DNA of 64,000 nt from Promethearchaeota archaeon (GCA_048938105.1 JBHLMN010000014.1:32001-96000), one strand, 5' to 3'. Positions 1-10,027 are shown, counted from the stretch's first letter. Numbers and translations: made by a program. Notes: a model not told the origin generated them from the letters alone.

Positions 1-68
1 CTGCATATTTAATTTCACACTGCTTACCTATCAATCGAATTTTTAGAATATTTTTCTTTGTTAATGAA

Positions 69-293
69 TTATTGTGCATTTTCGGCATCTTTTTCTTCCT
101 TGTCGATTGTAAGGATTCGTGCCACTGTTCGTCTTAGCTCACGGACACGGCCTGCGGATTCCACAGATCCTGTTCTTGCTTTACCTCGTAATGTTAGTAA
201 TTCGGTTTTTAATTCCACTAACTTCTTTTCACGTTCAAGAGAAGTCATCTTCCGAATTTCTGCTTTGCGTAATATGGCCGTTTTTATCACCAA
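69..293 (-). CDS. rpl29: 50S ribosomal protein uL29
   Basis: ILRKAEIRKM...ELKTELL...GRVRELRRTVARILT motif; follows uS3. Confidence 0.95.
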   Translation of the reverse strand: MVIKTAILRKAEIRKMTSLEREKKLVELKTELLTLRGKARTGSVESAGRVRELRRTVARILTIDKEEKDAENAQ

Positions 294-295
294 AT

Positions 296-1135
296 TTAAT
301 CAAAATCTTCAGCTTTCAATAATTTTTCTTTATCATTTGTTTTTTCGTCTTCTGGATCGGTTTCAGTAACAATTTCCTTTTTCAGTTCCACCTCTGGCTC
401 GCTCTCAGGAATGGGTTCCTCCTCTATTTCAATTACTTCTGAATCGGACTTAGCAACACTTTCCTCTTCTGGTTCGATTTCAGCAATAATTTCTTCTACT
501 AGCTCTTCTTCATCTTTAGGTTCGCCAAAAACATTAGGAATGAGTAAAGCGTCATCAGGTAGTACTGCATCAGGTTGCATAATTTTCACATGAACTCCGA
601 TTACTCCCTGTTTAAGTGTTACTTCCATTACTGCTTCTTCTACATATTTTTTTGAGGGTTCTCCACATTTTGCTACAAATCCTTCCCTGAATACTTCCGA
701 TCGTGCTCGTTGGGAGGTTAATTTTCCTTTAATAGTTATTTCACACCCTCTTGCTTCTGCGGCCATAATCCGTCGTACTAACGCGTATCCTGCTCTACGA
801 AAATGAAATCCTTTTTGGATTTGGGAGATCAATCTTCCTGCCATTACTCGAGAGTTTAACCTGGGATTCTCAAGATCTTTAATTTCTAGTTGAGGAGTTT
901 CTAGTCCATAAACATGTTCTAATATCTCGGTGATTTTCCTGACATTTCGGCCTCGTCTCCCTATCACCATCCCTAAGCGAACTGCATGAATAACTACTCG
1001 ATGCCCCATTGGTGTTTTATGAATCTCAATTTTCCCTTGTCCTGCTAGCTTAAGTTCATCATTCAGGTATTCACTTACTTGAACATATTGTAAGTTCCTA
1101 TTCAATAATTCTTTTCGCGCAGCCACTAAACTCAC
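296..1135 (-). CDS. rps3: 30S ribosomal protein uS3 with long acidic C-terminal tail
   Basis: KH motif GMVIGRRG, GCEITIKGKL, QGVIGVHVKIM. Confidence 0.97.
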   Translation of the reverse strand: MSLVAARKELLNRNLQYVQVSEYLNDELKLAGQGKIEIHKTPMGHRVVIHAVRLGMVIGRRGRNVRKITEILEHVYGLETPQLEIKDLENPRLNSRVMAGRLISQIQKGFHFRRAGYALVRRIMAAEARGCEITIKGKLTSQRARSEVFREGFVAKCGEPSKKYVEEAVMEVTLKQGVIGVHVKIMQPDAVLPDDALLIPNVFGEPKDEEELVEEIIAEIEPEEESVAKSDSEVIEIEEEPIPESEPEVELKKEIVTETDPEDEKTNDKEKLLKAEDFD

Positions 1136-1608
1136 TCCTCCGTCAACACTACTTCGACATGTGTTAGCGTTTTATGGCTTGGTGATGAACGTCCTTGAGC
1201 TCGAGGTGTAAATCCTCGAATTTTCCGTCCCCTTTGTGCTGCCATATGGGTTATTCGTAATCGACTTACTTCTAATCCTTTAAAGGAGGAATTTTGTTCC
1301 GCATTTTCGAGAACCCTGAGAATTTCTTTGGCTGCTTTCCGGGGGTATCGTCCTGCTGGCCATTTTCTCAAATCACGTCGGTGTGGAATTTTTTTTCGGT
1401 ACCGTCGGAATGGAACGCTTTTTTCTTCATTTATCACTTGTTCAAGAAATTCTTGTGCAGTTTCTAAGTATTTACCTTTGAGTTCTCGACAGATTTCTCG
1501 AGCATGTTTCGGTGAAATGCGCATATTCCGTCCAGTAGCGACTGCAGTGCGGTCAGCATCTAACCCAAAGACTGAGATTTTGTAATTTGGCAATTCAAAT
1601 TCAACCAT
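1132..1608 (-). CDS. rpl22: 50S ribosomal protein uL22
   Basis: RISPKHAREIC, GRYPRKAA, PRAQGR, THVEVVL. Confidence 0.97.
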   Translation of the reverse strand: MVEFELPNYKISVFGLDADRTAVATGRNMRISPKHAREICRELKGKYLETAQEFLEQVINEEKSVPFRRYRKKIPHRRDLRKWPAGRYPRKAAKEILRVLENAEQNSSFKGLEVSRLRITHMAAQRGRKIRGFTPRAQGRSSPSHKTLTHVEVVLTEE

Positions 1609-1998
1609 TTTAGATGATAAGGAATAATTTTGAAATCTTTAGTATTCTTTTTTCTCTTGACATTTCCAAAGGATATTGGCTTATTTTAAACGTTTAAGGT
1701 TACCATTTTTTCGTTATAAAAAATCATCTCCCTCTATTGATTCGCATATCCTTTACTAATACATAATACGATTTAATATTTCTACTATCTTTTCATGTTA
1801 TTAGCTATTTTACCACGCTCAGCACATTATATTTTGTAATCTTATTCTTTTTAACTTTTATATATCCAGTTTTAGAATCATTAATTCTCCTCTATTTTCT
1901 TTCAGCTTCATTGCCCCCTTTTTACTCAGTACCCTCGAACCTTCATTTTTTTAACCTGATTCATTTTTCCCTTAACCTGAAATAACTGGTGATATCTT

Positions 1999-2394
1999 TT
2001 GTCCTCTCGTCGTGGTTTTCGTTATCGCGGATTTACATTAGATGAACTTCGTCAGAAATCCATGGATGAATTTATTTCCCTTCTTCCCGCCCGTCAACGA
2101 CGTTCATTAACTCGAGGTATGAGTACTCAACATATTAAGCTTATGGAGCGCATTCTCGCTTCTAAAGAGTCAAAACGGCCTGTTCGAACACATTGCCGTG
2201 ATTTCATTATCCTCCCTGAACTCATTGGTGCAGTGGTTCAAGTCTATAATGGCAGAGAATTTCTTCGGGTTAATCTCGAGCCTGAAATGCTTGGGCATTA
2301 TCTAGGGGAGTATGCACCCACCTGTAAACAGGTGAAACACTCTGCTCCTGGTATTGGTGCAACAAGAGGATCACAATTTGTTCCCTTAAAATAA
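1999..2394 (+). CDS. rps19: 30S ribosomal protein uS19 (TTG start), inverted relative to uL22
   Basis: FRYRG, RTHCRDFIILPE, VYNG, GHYLGEY, GIGATRGSQFVPLK. Confidence 0.97.
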   Translation: MSSRRGFRYRGFTLDELRQKSMDEFISLLPARQRRSLTRGMSTQHIKLMERILASKESKRPVRTHCRDFIILPELIGAVVQVYNGREFLRVNLEPEMLGHYLGEYAPTCKQVKHSAPGIGATRGSQFVPLK

Positions 2395-2397
2395 GCC

Positions 2398-3135
2398 TTA
2401 GGTTTGAAAAAGTTGTGTTAATCTTAGATATAAATCATAAGCAGCACTTTTTTGAGCTTCTTTTTTGGTTTTACCATATCCTCTTCCTATTAGGATCTGA
2501 TTTTGATAAGTTCCTTGGCATGAGTACCAATATATAGGACTATGATCAACTCCTGCTTTCTTTTGAAATCGATAGGTGGGATTAGGTAGATTACGTTGTT
2601 GAAAAAACTCTTGGACTAGATTTTTCGGATTTTTCTCATTCTGACCCCATACTTTTAATTCCTCTTTTTCTTTGAGTAGAATTTTCTGTAAGTAGCCCTC
2701 AAAAAGTTGTAAGAGGAGTGTTTGACATGATTTTAGTCCATTAGCAATATATACCGCTCCAAAAATGGCTTCAACTGTATCAGCTAGGTCTTTTTTCTGA
2801 ATTTGGTAAGCTGGTGCGCAACGTAACATTGATTCAACCTGTAATTGTATTCCTACTTCTATTAACGTTTTATTTTGCACAATTTCAGCTCGTTTTATGG
2901 TTAAAATCCCTTCACTTTCAACTTCATGCTTATATAGCCAGTCGACTACTAGGAGATCTATGACTGAATCTCCTAACGTTTCGAGTCGTTGATTTGTATT
3001 AACGGTCGGATCCACTGATTTATAAGAAGGATGTGTAAGAGCTTCGAGAAGTAAAGGAACAGGTAGCTTTAAATTCCATTGAAGATTAAATTTTTGATAA
3101 TACGCCTTGTCCTTATCCAAAAACATCAGAACCAA
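2398..3135 (-). CDS. rnc: Ribonuclease III (RIIID + dsRBD); start possibly the ATG at 3126
   Basis: EALTHPSY, NQRLETLGDSV signature, ADTVEAIFGA, C-terminal dsRBD (NPKNLVQE...GYGKTKKEAQKSAA). Confidence 0.9.
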   Translation of the reverse strand: MVLMFLDKDKAYYQKFNLQWNLKLPVPLLLEALTHPSYKSVDPTVNTNQRLETLGDSVIDLLVVDWLYKHEVESEGILTIKRAEIVQNKTLIEVGIQLQVESMLRCAPAYQIQKKDLADTVEAIFGAVYIANGLKSCQTLLLQLFEGYLQKILLKEKEELKVWGQNEKNPKNLVQEFFQQRNLPNPTYRFQKKAGVDHSPIYWYSCQGTYQNQILIGRGYGKTKKEAQKSAAYDLYLRLTQLFQT

Positions 3136-3342
3136 ATACTATCTAGATTCTTACTTTGTAAATAATTTAATAAATGGCTTTCATGAGCCTGTTGATAAAT
3201 TTTGGGTTTCTTTAGAAAAGATACAGGTGACAGAAGATGTTTCTTTGTGAATGTGTTTTTTTTTATATCATGAAGAATGATTTAAAAGAAGCTTAATCTA
3301 ATATCAGTTTAAACAAAATAAGATCGAGAAACTGTTCAGTAT

Positions 3343-4491
3343 ATGAAGGAAAAACTTATGACACCGAAAACGCTGAAGGAGTATGGTTTAGAGTTTATTA
3401 ATGAAATGGCTAAGGATCGAGAGGTAGCGCAACAGGAAATTGGTGTAGGTATATCTGGTGCGAGAAGTTCACTCATGACTCGAGGGGTTCAGCATTTTAG
3501 TTACAAAGAGATGGAAGAATTCATTAAAACCATTAAGAAATCAACAGCACGTATTGTAGATGGTGAACTGACACGTATTACACTTAAGTCTTTGGGTCGT
3601 ATTCGGGAGATTATTCAAAGTGATGTGAAATTTCTTGAAGAAGTAACCAAACCCGAGATCGAAGATCAAATCCAAGGATTAGAAACCGAAATTCGGAAAC
3701 TAAAAGATCAAATCAAAGAGAAAAATGCACAGCTTTCTCAACTTGAGCATGAACGTGAGGAAAACCGCCTTATTTTTGAGAAAAGCAAGGATAAGGTGAA
3801 TGAACAAGAGATCGAGATAAAACGATTACAAAATCAGGTTCAAAATCTTCAAGAGCAGGAAAAATTGACCCAGAGAAGAGTTGAAGAAATTAGATCGGAA
3901 CTTGCTGCAAGAGCGGCATTGATTGAGAAATTAAAAGAGAATGAAAAGATTCATGAAAAAGATATCGAAGAGGCTTTGGCATCTGTTGCTGAAACCTATC
4001 AAATACAAGAAGACTATTATGCTCGGATGCTAGAAGAAGCGATTCAGCAGCGATTGAAGCAGGTACGTCAGGATTATGACTTAGAAATCGAAGAGATGCA
4101 AACACGATTAAAAAATGAAATCCAACGGCACGAGGAGGATACTAAACAACATAAAATCACCGTAACTCGTCTTGAAGAAGCCCTTGCTATGGTGGAAGAA
4201 GAACAACAAGTGCTTCAAGAAAAACTTTCGAAGGTATATGATGAACGCACTCAACGTAACCTGATCTTGGAATATACCCAGCGATTACTTTCCACTCATC
4301 CTCTTTACGCCTCAATTCTTATATTGTTAAATCTTGGTGGTTCTCTAGATCTTCCTACTTTAGCTATGTCTGTTGGTGCCCATCCGATAAAGCTCAAACA
4401 GATGTTAGAAGAGTTGGTATCTAGAAATCTGATTAGTATTTCCTCTGATGATCCTCCAATCGTTAATGCAATCATGGAAACCATTCAGTAA
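3343..4491 (+). CDS. Long coiled-coil protein with C-terminal winged-helix-like domain
   Basis: Heptad E/K/Q/L-rich middle; C-terminal LDLPTLAMSVG...LEELVSRNLISI resembles a wHTH. Confidence 0.75.
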   Translation: MKEKLMTPKTLKEYGLEFINEMAKDREVAQQEIGVGISGARSSLMTRGVQHFSYKEMEEFIKTIKKSTARIVDGELTRITLKSLGRIREIIQSDVKFLEEVTKPEIEDQIQGLETEIRKLKDQIKEKNAQLSQLEHEREENRLIFEKSKDKVNEQEIEIKRLQNQVQNLQEQEKLTQRRVEEIRSELAARAALIEKLKENEKIHEKDIEEALASVAETYQIQEDYYARMLEEAIQQRLKQVRQDYDLEIEEMQTRLKNEIQRHEEDTKQHKITVTRLEEALAMVEEEQQVLQEKLSKVYDERTQRNLILEYTQRLLSTHPLYASILILLNLGGSLDLPTLAMSVGAHPIKLKQMLEELVSRNLISISSDDPPIVNAIMETIQ

Positions 4492-4767
4492 TAATATGGG
4501 AAATTTGTTCTAGATTTCCACATAATAATCTGTAAAAATCATTGTTCAAAATCTAGATCTGTTGTGAAGAAGCCCCTATTTTGGAATTGAATGGATATTA
4601 GAATCTCCATTGTTCCTACACTGTCTATTATAACCAATTTATCTGTTCCTTATTGCATGAATTTCATTGATAGGATCTCTAGGAATACTTTATTTCCCTA
4701 TTTTCTTCATTACACCTTATTTAAGTTGTATTTAACAAAGTAACTTGTGAAAAAAGGATTTTAGAAG

Positions 4768-4907
4768 GGCCGGTGCCGGGAATCGAACCCGGACAGGGTG
4801 GGCCACAACCACCGATTATAGTGAATGAGGCAATTGTAAAAAGACCCCAATCAAGACTACCAGTGAATTATGAGTAAAAAACGACTCATATTTATCCTAC
4901 ACCGGCC
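4768..4907 (-). tRNA. tRNA-His(GUG) with encoded G-1 and two D-arm introns (about 15/16 at 4863-4891; about 25/26 at ~4815-4853)
   Basis: Minus strand: G-GCCGGTG...GGTGG-TTGTGGC-CCACC...CCGGG-TTCGATT-CCCGG-CACCGGC-C; BHB central helices GGAT/ATTC and TAGT/ACTA with paired inner hairpins. Confidence 0.9.
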
Positions 4908-4937
4908 AGATCGTCAAAATGCATTCAATTTCATGTG

Positions 4938-4945
4938 ATATAAAT
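4938..4945 (-). promoter_or_regulatory. Probable TATA box for tRNA-His
   Basis: TTTATATC on the minus strand about 30 nt upstream of G-1. Confidence 0.5.
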
Positions 4946-5040
4946 TACTACCTTTAATGTATCATTATAATATCATGACAATGATTCAATTGATTCATTG
5001 TTTTCCTTTCTTGAATATTGAATCCAAGTGTGGGGAAGAA

Positions 5041-6846
5041 TCAAAAGAATTTTGAATAATTTCTAAGGAATTCAAGGAATCTTTCTTTAAGATAAGTCGT
5101 TTCTCCTACATCTGTATTTCCAATGATCTTTTTAATAAAAATTTCAGAATTAAAGTCCATTTTCCTCCCCTTAAGGGCTTCCTCTCCATGTTTTAAAGAT
5201 TCTTTAACCTTTTGTATTAATGAACTATCTTCAAGTAATTTATTCCGATATTTCCTTAATATCACAGCTGCGATAATATCCCCCCAGCGTTGCATTTCTT
5301 GTTTACTCTTTCCCCAATAGCTTATGATAAGAACATTATTTTTCCTGGATATGTTGGTCAAACCACCAATCGAATAACCTTTTCTTATATATTCCAACTG
5401 TAGTTTTAATATACCTGTACCCCTTTTAACATCAAAATGTCCTATCGTTTTTAAAAAATCTAAGAGATAATCTCGTGCTGAAATACATCCTTTATGACTT
5501 CCAATTTCTCTTATTAACTTATTTTGGATGACCTCTCTTGCCTCCTGTTTTTCCCCAATTCTTCCGATTTCATAAGTTATTATATCAGCTTTTCCTATAA
5601 GATGACTTGATCCTGAAGAGATTCTCCCCCACCTATCTTCTGATATGACTTGTGTGGACAGATTTAATGAATTAACATCATTAAATTCATTAGTCTTTCT
5701 AGTTATTGAGTCTCTAATATTTTTATCTTGAATTAATGCAGCATTAAATCTGTTGAAACTATTGTTTCTGCTTTCATTGTAGAATATGGTTAAATTATCA
5801 CTAATATCTTTAAATTGCGTTTTCTTAGCATTTATCAAGTTATAAGTGATATTAATAGGTTTAGAATAGTTTATTTTAAGTTCTTGTATCTTTCTACAAA
5901 TCATCGTTGCAGGAATTTTCTTCACTTCTTCCCACCAATCAGATCTCGGATTTATCTCCTTTATTAACCATGACCAAAATTTAAACATTAATACTGATTT
6001 ATCACAAACATAGATTTCTGTTTCAAAAGAATTATCAGGTTCAGGGTCTCTTTCAGCATATAATTTTAATACAGACCGATTGCTGTCATATATCTCGAAT
6101 ATCTTCTGTTTTTGTGGAGAATCCTTAGCATGATTTCTGAAACCTGCATCACCCCCTAAATCTTCAACATGCTTCCAAAAAATACCCTCTAATATCTCAT
6201 CCGTTAATTCTTTTGTGATTTTAAGTTTAAATACTGTTTGAAACCAAGTTCTGTATTGTTCTTTTATTTTTAAGGGATAATGATACCCTTTTTTTTCTAA
6301 TTCCTTAATGATTAATATTTTAAGGTGAGGTATGTTATCAATCGAAATTTCTTTAGTAATAATTCTTATGAAAGTAAATTTCTGATTATTTTGTTTAATA
6401 TATTTTCTAAATCGTTCTAATCCATTCTTATTCCAGCTGGAATTTACGTTTAGAATTAAAAATTGCTCTAAGCTCCCATGATATGGATTGAGTATTGTTA
6501 TAGGTATGAAAGGGGTTATTCCTTCTAATTTACCTCTGAAAGTGAGCCAATCTTCATAACAATTGGTTGGAAATTGTTTTTTCGTCATAAATCCTTTCAT
6601 TTTTTCATAAATATCCTCATAGAAACGAAAATAAAATTGGTTGTTCGGTTTATTTATAAGAAAAAGTTGATTTTGGAATCTCTTTTTCAGGCTATCAAAT
6701 CTGATCCATATCTCATCTAAAGAAACTCTATTATTGTCAATTTTAGTATTCCAATATTTAATTATCTGTCTTAAAGTTGCTATGGAGGTTTTATCCTCTA
6801 GTGTTTCATTATAAGGTAATGGATACTGGATACGAATGCGAATCAT
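5041..6846 (-). CDS. Orphan 601-aa basic protein, paralog of 36969-39116, immediately upstream of tRNA-His
   Basis: Long intact ORF; collinear shared motifs (YEDW, SSWNKNG, ALIQD, ISEDRWG, EVIQNKLIREIG, IISYWG). Confidence 0.85.
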   Translation of the reverse strand: MIRIRIQYPLPYNETLEDKTSIATLRQIIKYWNTKIDNNRVSLDEIWIRFDSLKKRFQNQLFLINKPNNQFYFRFYEDIYEKMKGFMTKKQFPTNCYEDWLTFRGKLEGITPFIPITILNPYHGSLEQFLILNVNSSWNKNGLERFRKYIKQNNQKFTFIRIITKEISIDNIPHLKILIIKELEKKGYHYPLKIKEQYRTWFQTVFKLKITKELTDEILEGIFWKHVEDLGGDAGFRNHAKDSPQKQKIFEIYDSNRSVLKLYAERDPEPDNSFETEIYVCDKSVLMFKFWSWLIKEINPRSDWWEEVKKIPATMICRKIQELKINYSKPINITYNLINAKKTQFKDISDNLTIFYNESRNNSFNRFNAALIQDKNIRDSITRKTNEFNDVNSLNLSTQVISEDRWGRISSGSSHLIGKADIITYEIGRIGEKQEAREVIQNKLIREIGSHKGCISARDYLLDFLKTIGHFDVKRGTGILKLQLEYIRKGYSIGGLTNISRKNNVLIISYWGKSKQEMQRWGDIIAAVILRKYRNKLLEDSSLIQKVKESLKHGEEALKGRKMDFNSEIFIKKIIGNTDVGETTYLKERFLEFLRNYSKFF

Positions 6847-7273
6847 GGTTCAACTATGAATTCTTTGCTTTAAATGCCTTTGACACTATATAATCAAAGA
6901 AATTCTTTCCTAAAACTGACCAATTACACTAGATATACTCACACTGAGTGTCATATTGTTTTTCACATTTTGTGATATATAATGTGCTGTTAAAAATTAC
7001 TTATTTTTGTTAAAGAACCTGAAAATATCTTCTGTTTCCACTTTCACCATTTTATTATCATCCCATTATAATATAGGAAAAAATCTGCTTAAATTTTTCC
7101 TACACTAGCCAATATAATTGATAAATTGTTATAGTGGAATTTTTTAGTAGAACTACCATTTGAAACATTTAACAAATTGTGTTAAAATAATGTTGTCAAT
7201 CAAGTATACAAATATTATATTCTAATCTACTTGATAATATAGAGAACGATCTTACAATATTAATAAGGTATCT

Positions 7274-7843
7274 GTGAGTCAATTTAGGGTGGATAAAATG
7301 ACTGATAAAAGTCCTGATACATCACAACTCGGTTTAGTTCACGTGATTTCTGGAGATGGCAAAGGAAAAACAACCTCTGCTTTAGGGTTGGCATTTCGTG
7401 CCGCAGGACATGGATTTCGGACTTTAATTATCCAATTTATGAAAAAAGGGTGGATTTATGGCGAATTACAAGCTATTAAGGATATTCCTGAGATTGAAAT
7501 CATCCAATTTGGGACTCCTGAATTTGTCGATAAAGCAAAACCGAGGAAAATAGACTTTGATGAAGCTAGGGCTGCTTTAGATCGTACTCGTGTAGCCATT
7601 ACTGACGAAAAGTGGGATCTTTTAATTTTAGATGAAATTAATGTCGCTTTAGACTTTAAACTGATATCTGAGAATGATGTCATTGATTTAATTAAGCAAA
7701 AACCTAAAAACCTAGAGTTGATTTTAACAGGCAGAGACGCGTCGAACAGTATCATTGAGCTAGCAGATTACTATACAGAAATCTGTGAACGTAAACATCC
7801 GTATCAAAGGAAGATATTAGCCCGAAAAGGTGTTGAGTATTGA
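7274..7843 (+). CDS. cobA: Cob(I)alamin adenosyltransferase, CobA/BtuR/CobO family (start possibly the ATG at 7298)
   Basis: GDGKGKTTSALG, IQFMK, LILDEIN, ELILTGR, KHPY, RKGVEY. Confidence 0.93.
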   Translation: MSQFRVDKMTDKSPDTSQLGLVHVISGDGKGKTTSALGLAFRAAGHGFRTLIIQFMKKGWIYGELQAIKDIPEIEIIQFGTPEFVDKAKPRKIDFDEARAALDRTRVAITDEKWDLLILDEINVALDFKLISENDVIDLIKQKPKNLELILTGRDASNSIIELADYYTEICERKHPYQRKILARKGVEY

Positions 7844-9555
7844 CTTCAGAAACAAATAGTAGTGAAAAGCTTCCAATAAATGAAAAGAATAGCAATCTAG
7901 TTGAAATTAAAAGAAATCGTAAAGAATGGGAAAGTGTGTATGAAGAATCTGTAAAAAAACATCCAGAACGACTGTTGAAGTTCATGACAACTTCCAGTAA
8001 ACCTATCAATAGGATATACGATCCAACAGATCTTCCTACAAATTGGAACTATATAGAAGCCTTAGGATACCCAAGTATGTTCCCATTCACTCGTGGTGTT
8101 CAACCAACCATGTATCGTGGGCGGTTATGGACGATGCGTCAATTTGCTGGATTTGGAAGCGCTGAAGATACAAATAAGAGATTTAAATTTCTCTTAGCAA
8201 ATGGTATGACGGGATTAAGTGTTGCTTTCCACCTTCCTACAATATACGGTCGTGAATCAGATCATCCTATGTCACTTGGAGAAGTGGGTAAACTTGGAGT
8301 TGCTATTGATACATTAAAGGACATGGAAATCTTGTTTGATGGGATTCCCCTAGATCAAGTTACTACCTCTATGACCATCAATGCTCCAGCTTCAATATTA
8401 CTTGCTATGTACATTGCAGTAGCAGAGAAACAAGGAGTTTCTCCTGCTAAAATTGGTGGAACTATTCAGAATGACATTCTTAAGGAATTTATCGCTCAGA
8501 AGTCCTATATTTTTCCACCTAAACCATCAATGCGTATCATTGTGGATATTATTAAGTACTGTTCTGAGCATGTTCCTCGTTGGAATACAATCTCAATTTC
8601 TGGATATCATATCCGCGAAGCGGGGTCAACTGCTGCCCAAGAGCTAGCTTTTACTTTAGTAGATGGATTAGAATATGTAAAATGGGCTGTAAATGCGGGA
8701 ATGGACATCGATGATTTTGCTCCTAGATTGTCTTTCTTTTTTAATTCTCATAATGATCTGTTTGAAGAAATAGCTAAATATCGTGCTGCTCGACGAATTT
8801 GGGCCAAGCACATTAAGAAATACTCTCCTAAGAATCCTCGTTCTATGTGGTTACGATTTCATACTCAAACTGCTGGATGTTCCTTAACAGCTCAACAACC
8901 ATACAATAATGTTGTTAGAACCACGATTCAAGCCTTAGCAGCTATATTAGGTGGAACTCAGTCTCTTCACACAAACTCGTTAGATGAGGCGTTAGCTTTA
9001 CCTAGTGAAGAAGCAGTTGAGGTTGCATTGCGTACTCAACAAATTCTTGCTCATGAAAGCGGTGTCACAAATACAATTGATCCATTGGCTGGAAGTTATT
9101 ACATTGAAACATTGACAAATGAAATGGAAGAACAAGCTGAGGAATATTTTCATAAAATTCAGCAGCTAGGGGGCGTTATTCCTGCGATTGAAAAAGGATT
9201 TTTTCAACAAGAAATCTCTAATGCAGCATATCAGTACCAGAAAGAAATCGAGAAAAATCAAAGAGTGATTGTTGGAGTTAATGAATTCTGTACAGGGGAA
9301 AAAATCAAGGTGCCACTTCTTCTGATCGGAGAAAACGTAGCTAAACGTCAAATAGCACGATTACATCACACTAAAAAAGATCGTGACAACGAAGCAGTAA
9401 GAAGAGCTTTAGCTGAAGTGCGTGAAGCGGCTGAAGGCACCAAGAATTTAATGCCTCCAATTTTAAAGGCTGTGAAGGCGTATGCGTCCGTTGGTGAAAT
9501 ATGTGATGTTCTACGAGAGGTATTTGGGGAATGGAAAGGAGACCAATTGATCTAA
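7840..9555 (+). CDS. icmA: Acyl-CoA mutase large subunit, with isobutyryl-CoA mutase-type active-site residues
   Basis: FTRGVQPTMYRGRLWTMRQFAGFG, TIQNDILKEFIAQ, ISISGYHIREAG, QSLHTNSLDEA; family certain, substrate inferred. Confidence 0.85.
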   Translation: MTSETNSSEKLPINEKNSNLVEIKRNRKEWESVYEESVKKHPERLLKFMTTSSKPINRIYDPTDLPTNWNYIEALGYPSMFPFTRGVQPTMYRGRLWTMRQFAGFGSAEDTNKRFKFLLANGMTGLSVAFHLPTIYGRESDHPMSLGEVGKLGVAIDTLKDMEILFDGIPLDQVTTSMTINAPASILLAMYIAVAEKQGVSPAKIGGTIQNDILKEFIAQKSYIFPPKPSMRIIVDIIKYCSEHVPRWNTISISGYHIREAGSTAAQELAFTLVDGLEYVKWAVNAGMDIDDFAPRLSFFFNSHNDLFEEIAKYRAARRIWAKHIKKYSPKNPRSMWLRFHTQTAGCSLTAQQPYNNVVRTTIQALAAILGGTQSLHTNSLDEALALPSEEAVEVALRTQQILAHESGVTNTIDPLAGSYYIETLTNEMEEQAEEYFHKIQQLGGVIPAIEKGFFQQEISNAAYQYQKEIEKNQRVIVGVNEFCTGEKIKVPLLLIGENVAKRQIARLHHTKKDRDNEAVRRALAEVREAAEGTKNLMPPILKAVKAYASVGEICDVLREVFGEWKGDQLI

Positions 9556-9570
9556 ATGAGATTATCATAG

Positions 9571-9984
9571 GTGAGAAAGGTGACGCGGAAGATAAGAGTT
9601 TTATTAGCAAAACCTGGATTAGATGGTCATGATCGTGGGGTAAAAGTTGTCGCAAGAGCATTGAGAGACGCTGGAATGGAGGTGATTTATACTGGACTCC
9701 ATAAAAGTCCAGAACAGATAGTAGAAGCAGCATTACAAGAAGATGTAGATGTCATCGGATTATCAAGTTTAAGTGGGTCACATATGGCACTATTTCCACA
9801 GATTATAGAATTACTTAAACAAAATGATATGATAAACGATACTCTTGTAATTGCTGGGGGTATCATTCCTGATGTAGACCTCCCGACGTTGAATGAAATC
9901 GGAATAAAAGGAATTTTTGGCCCTGGAACTGATACTACTGACATAGTAAATTTTATCAGGGCAAATCTTAAGAGATCTTTGTAA
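9571..9984 (+). CDS. B12-binding small subunit of the acyl-CoA mutase
   Basis: [10 protein letters not shown] (DxHxxG), GLSSLSG, GGIIP, FGPGT. Confidence 0.95.
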   Translation: MRKVTRKIRVLLAKPGLDGHDRGVKVVARALRDAGMEVIYTGLHKSPEQIVEAALQEDVDVIGLSSLSGSHMALFPQIIELLKQNDMINDTLVIAGGIIPDVDLPTLNEIGIKGIFGPGTDTTDIVNFIRANLKRSL

Positions 9985-10027
9985 GAGAATCCACTATAAG
10001 ATTGCCTAAGGATTGAAGGCTGAAAAG

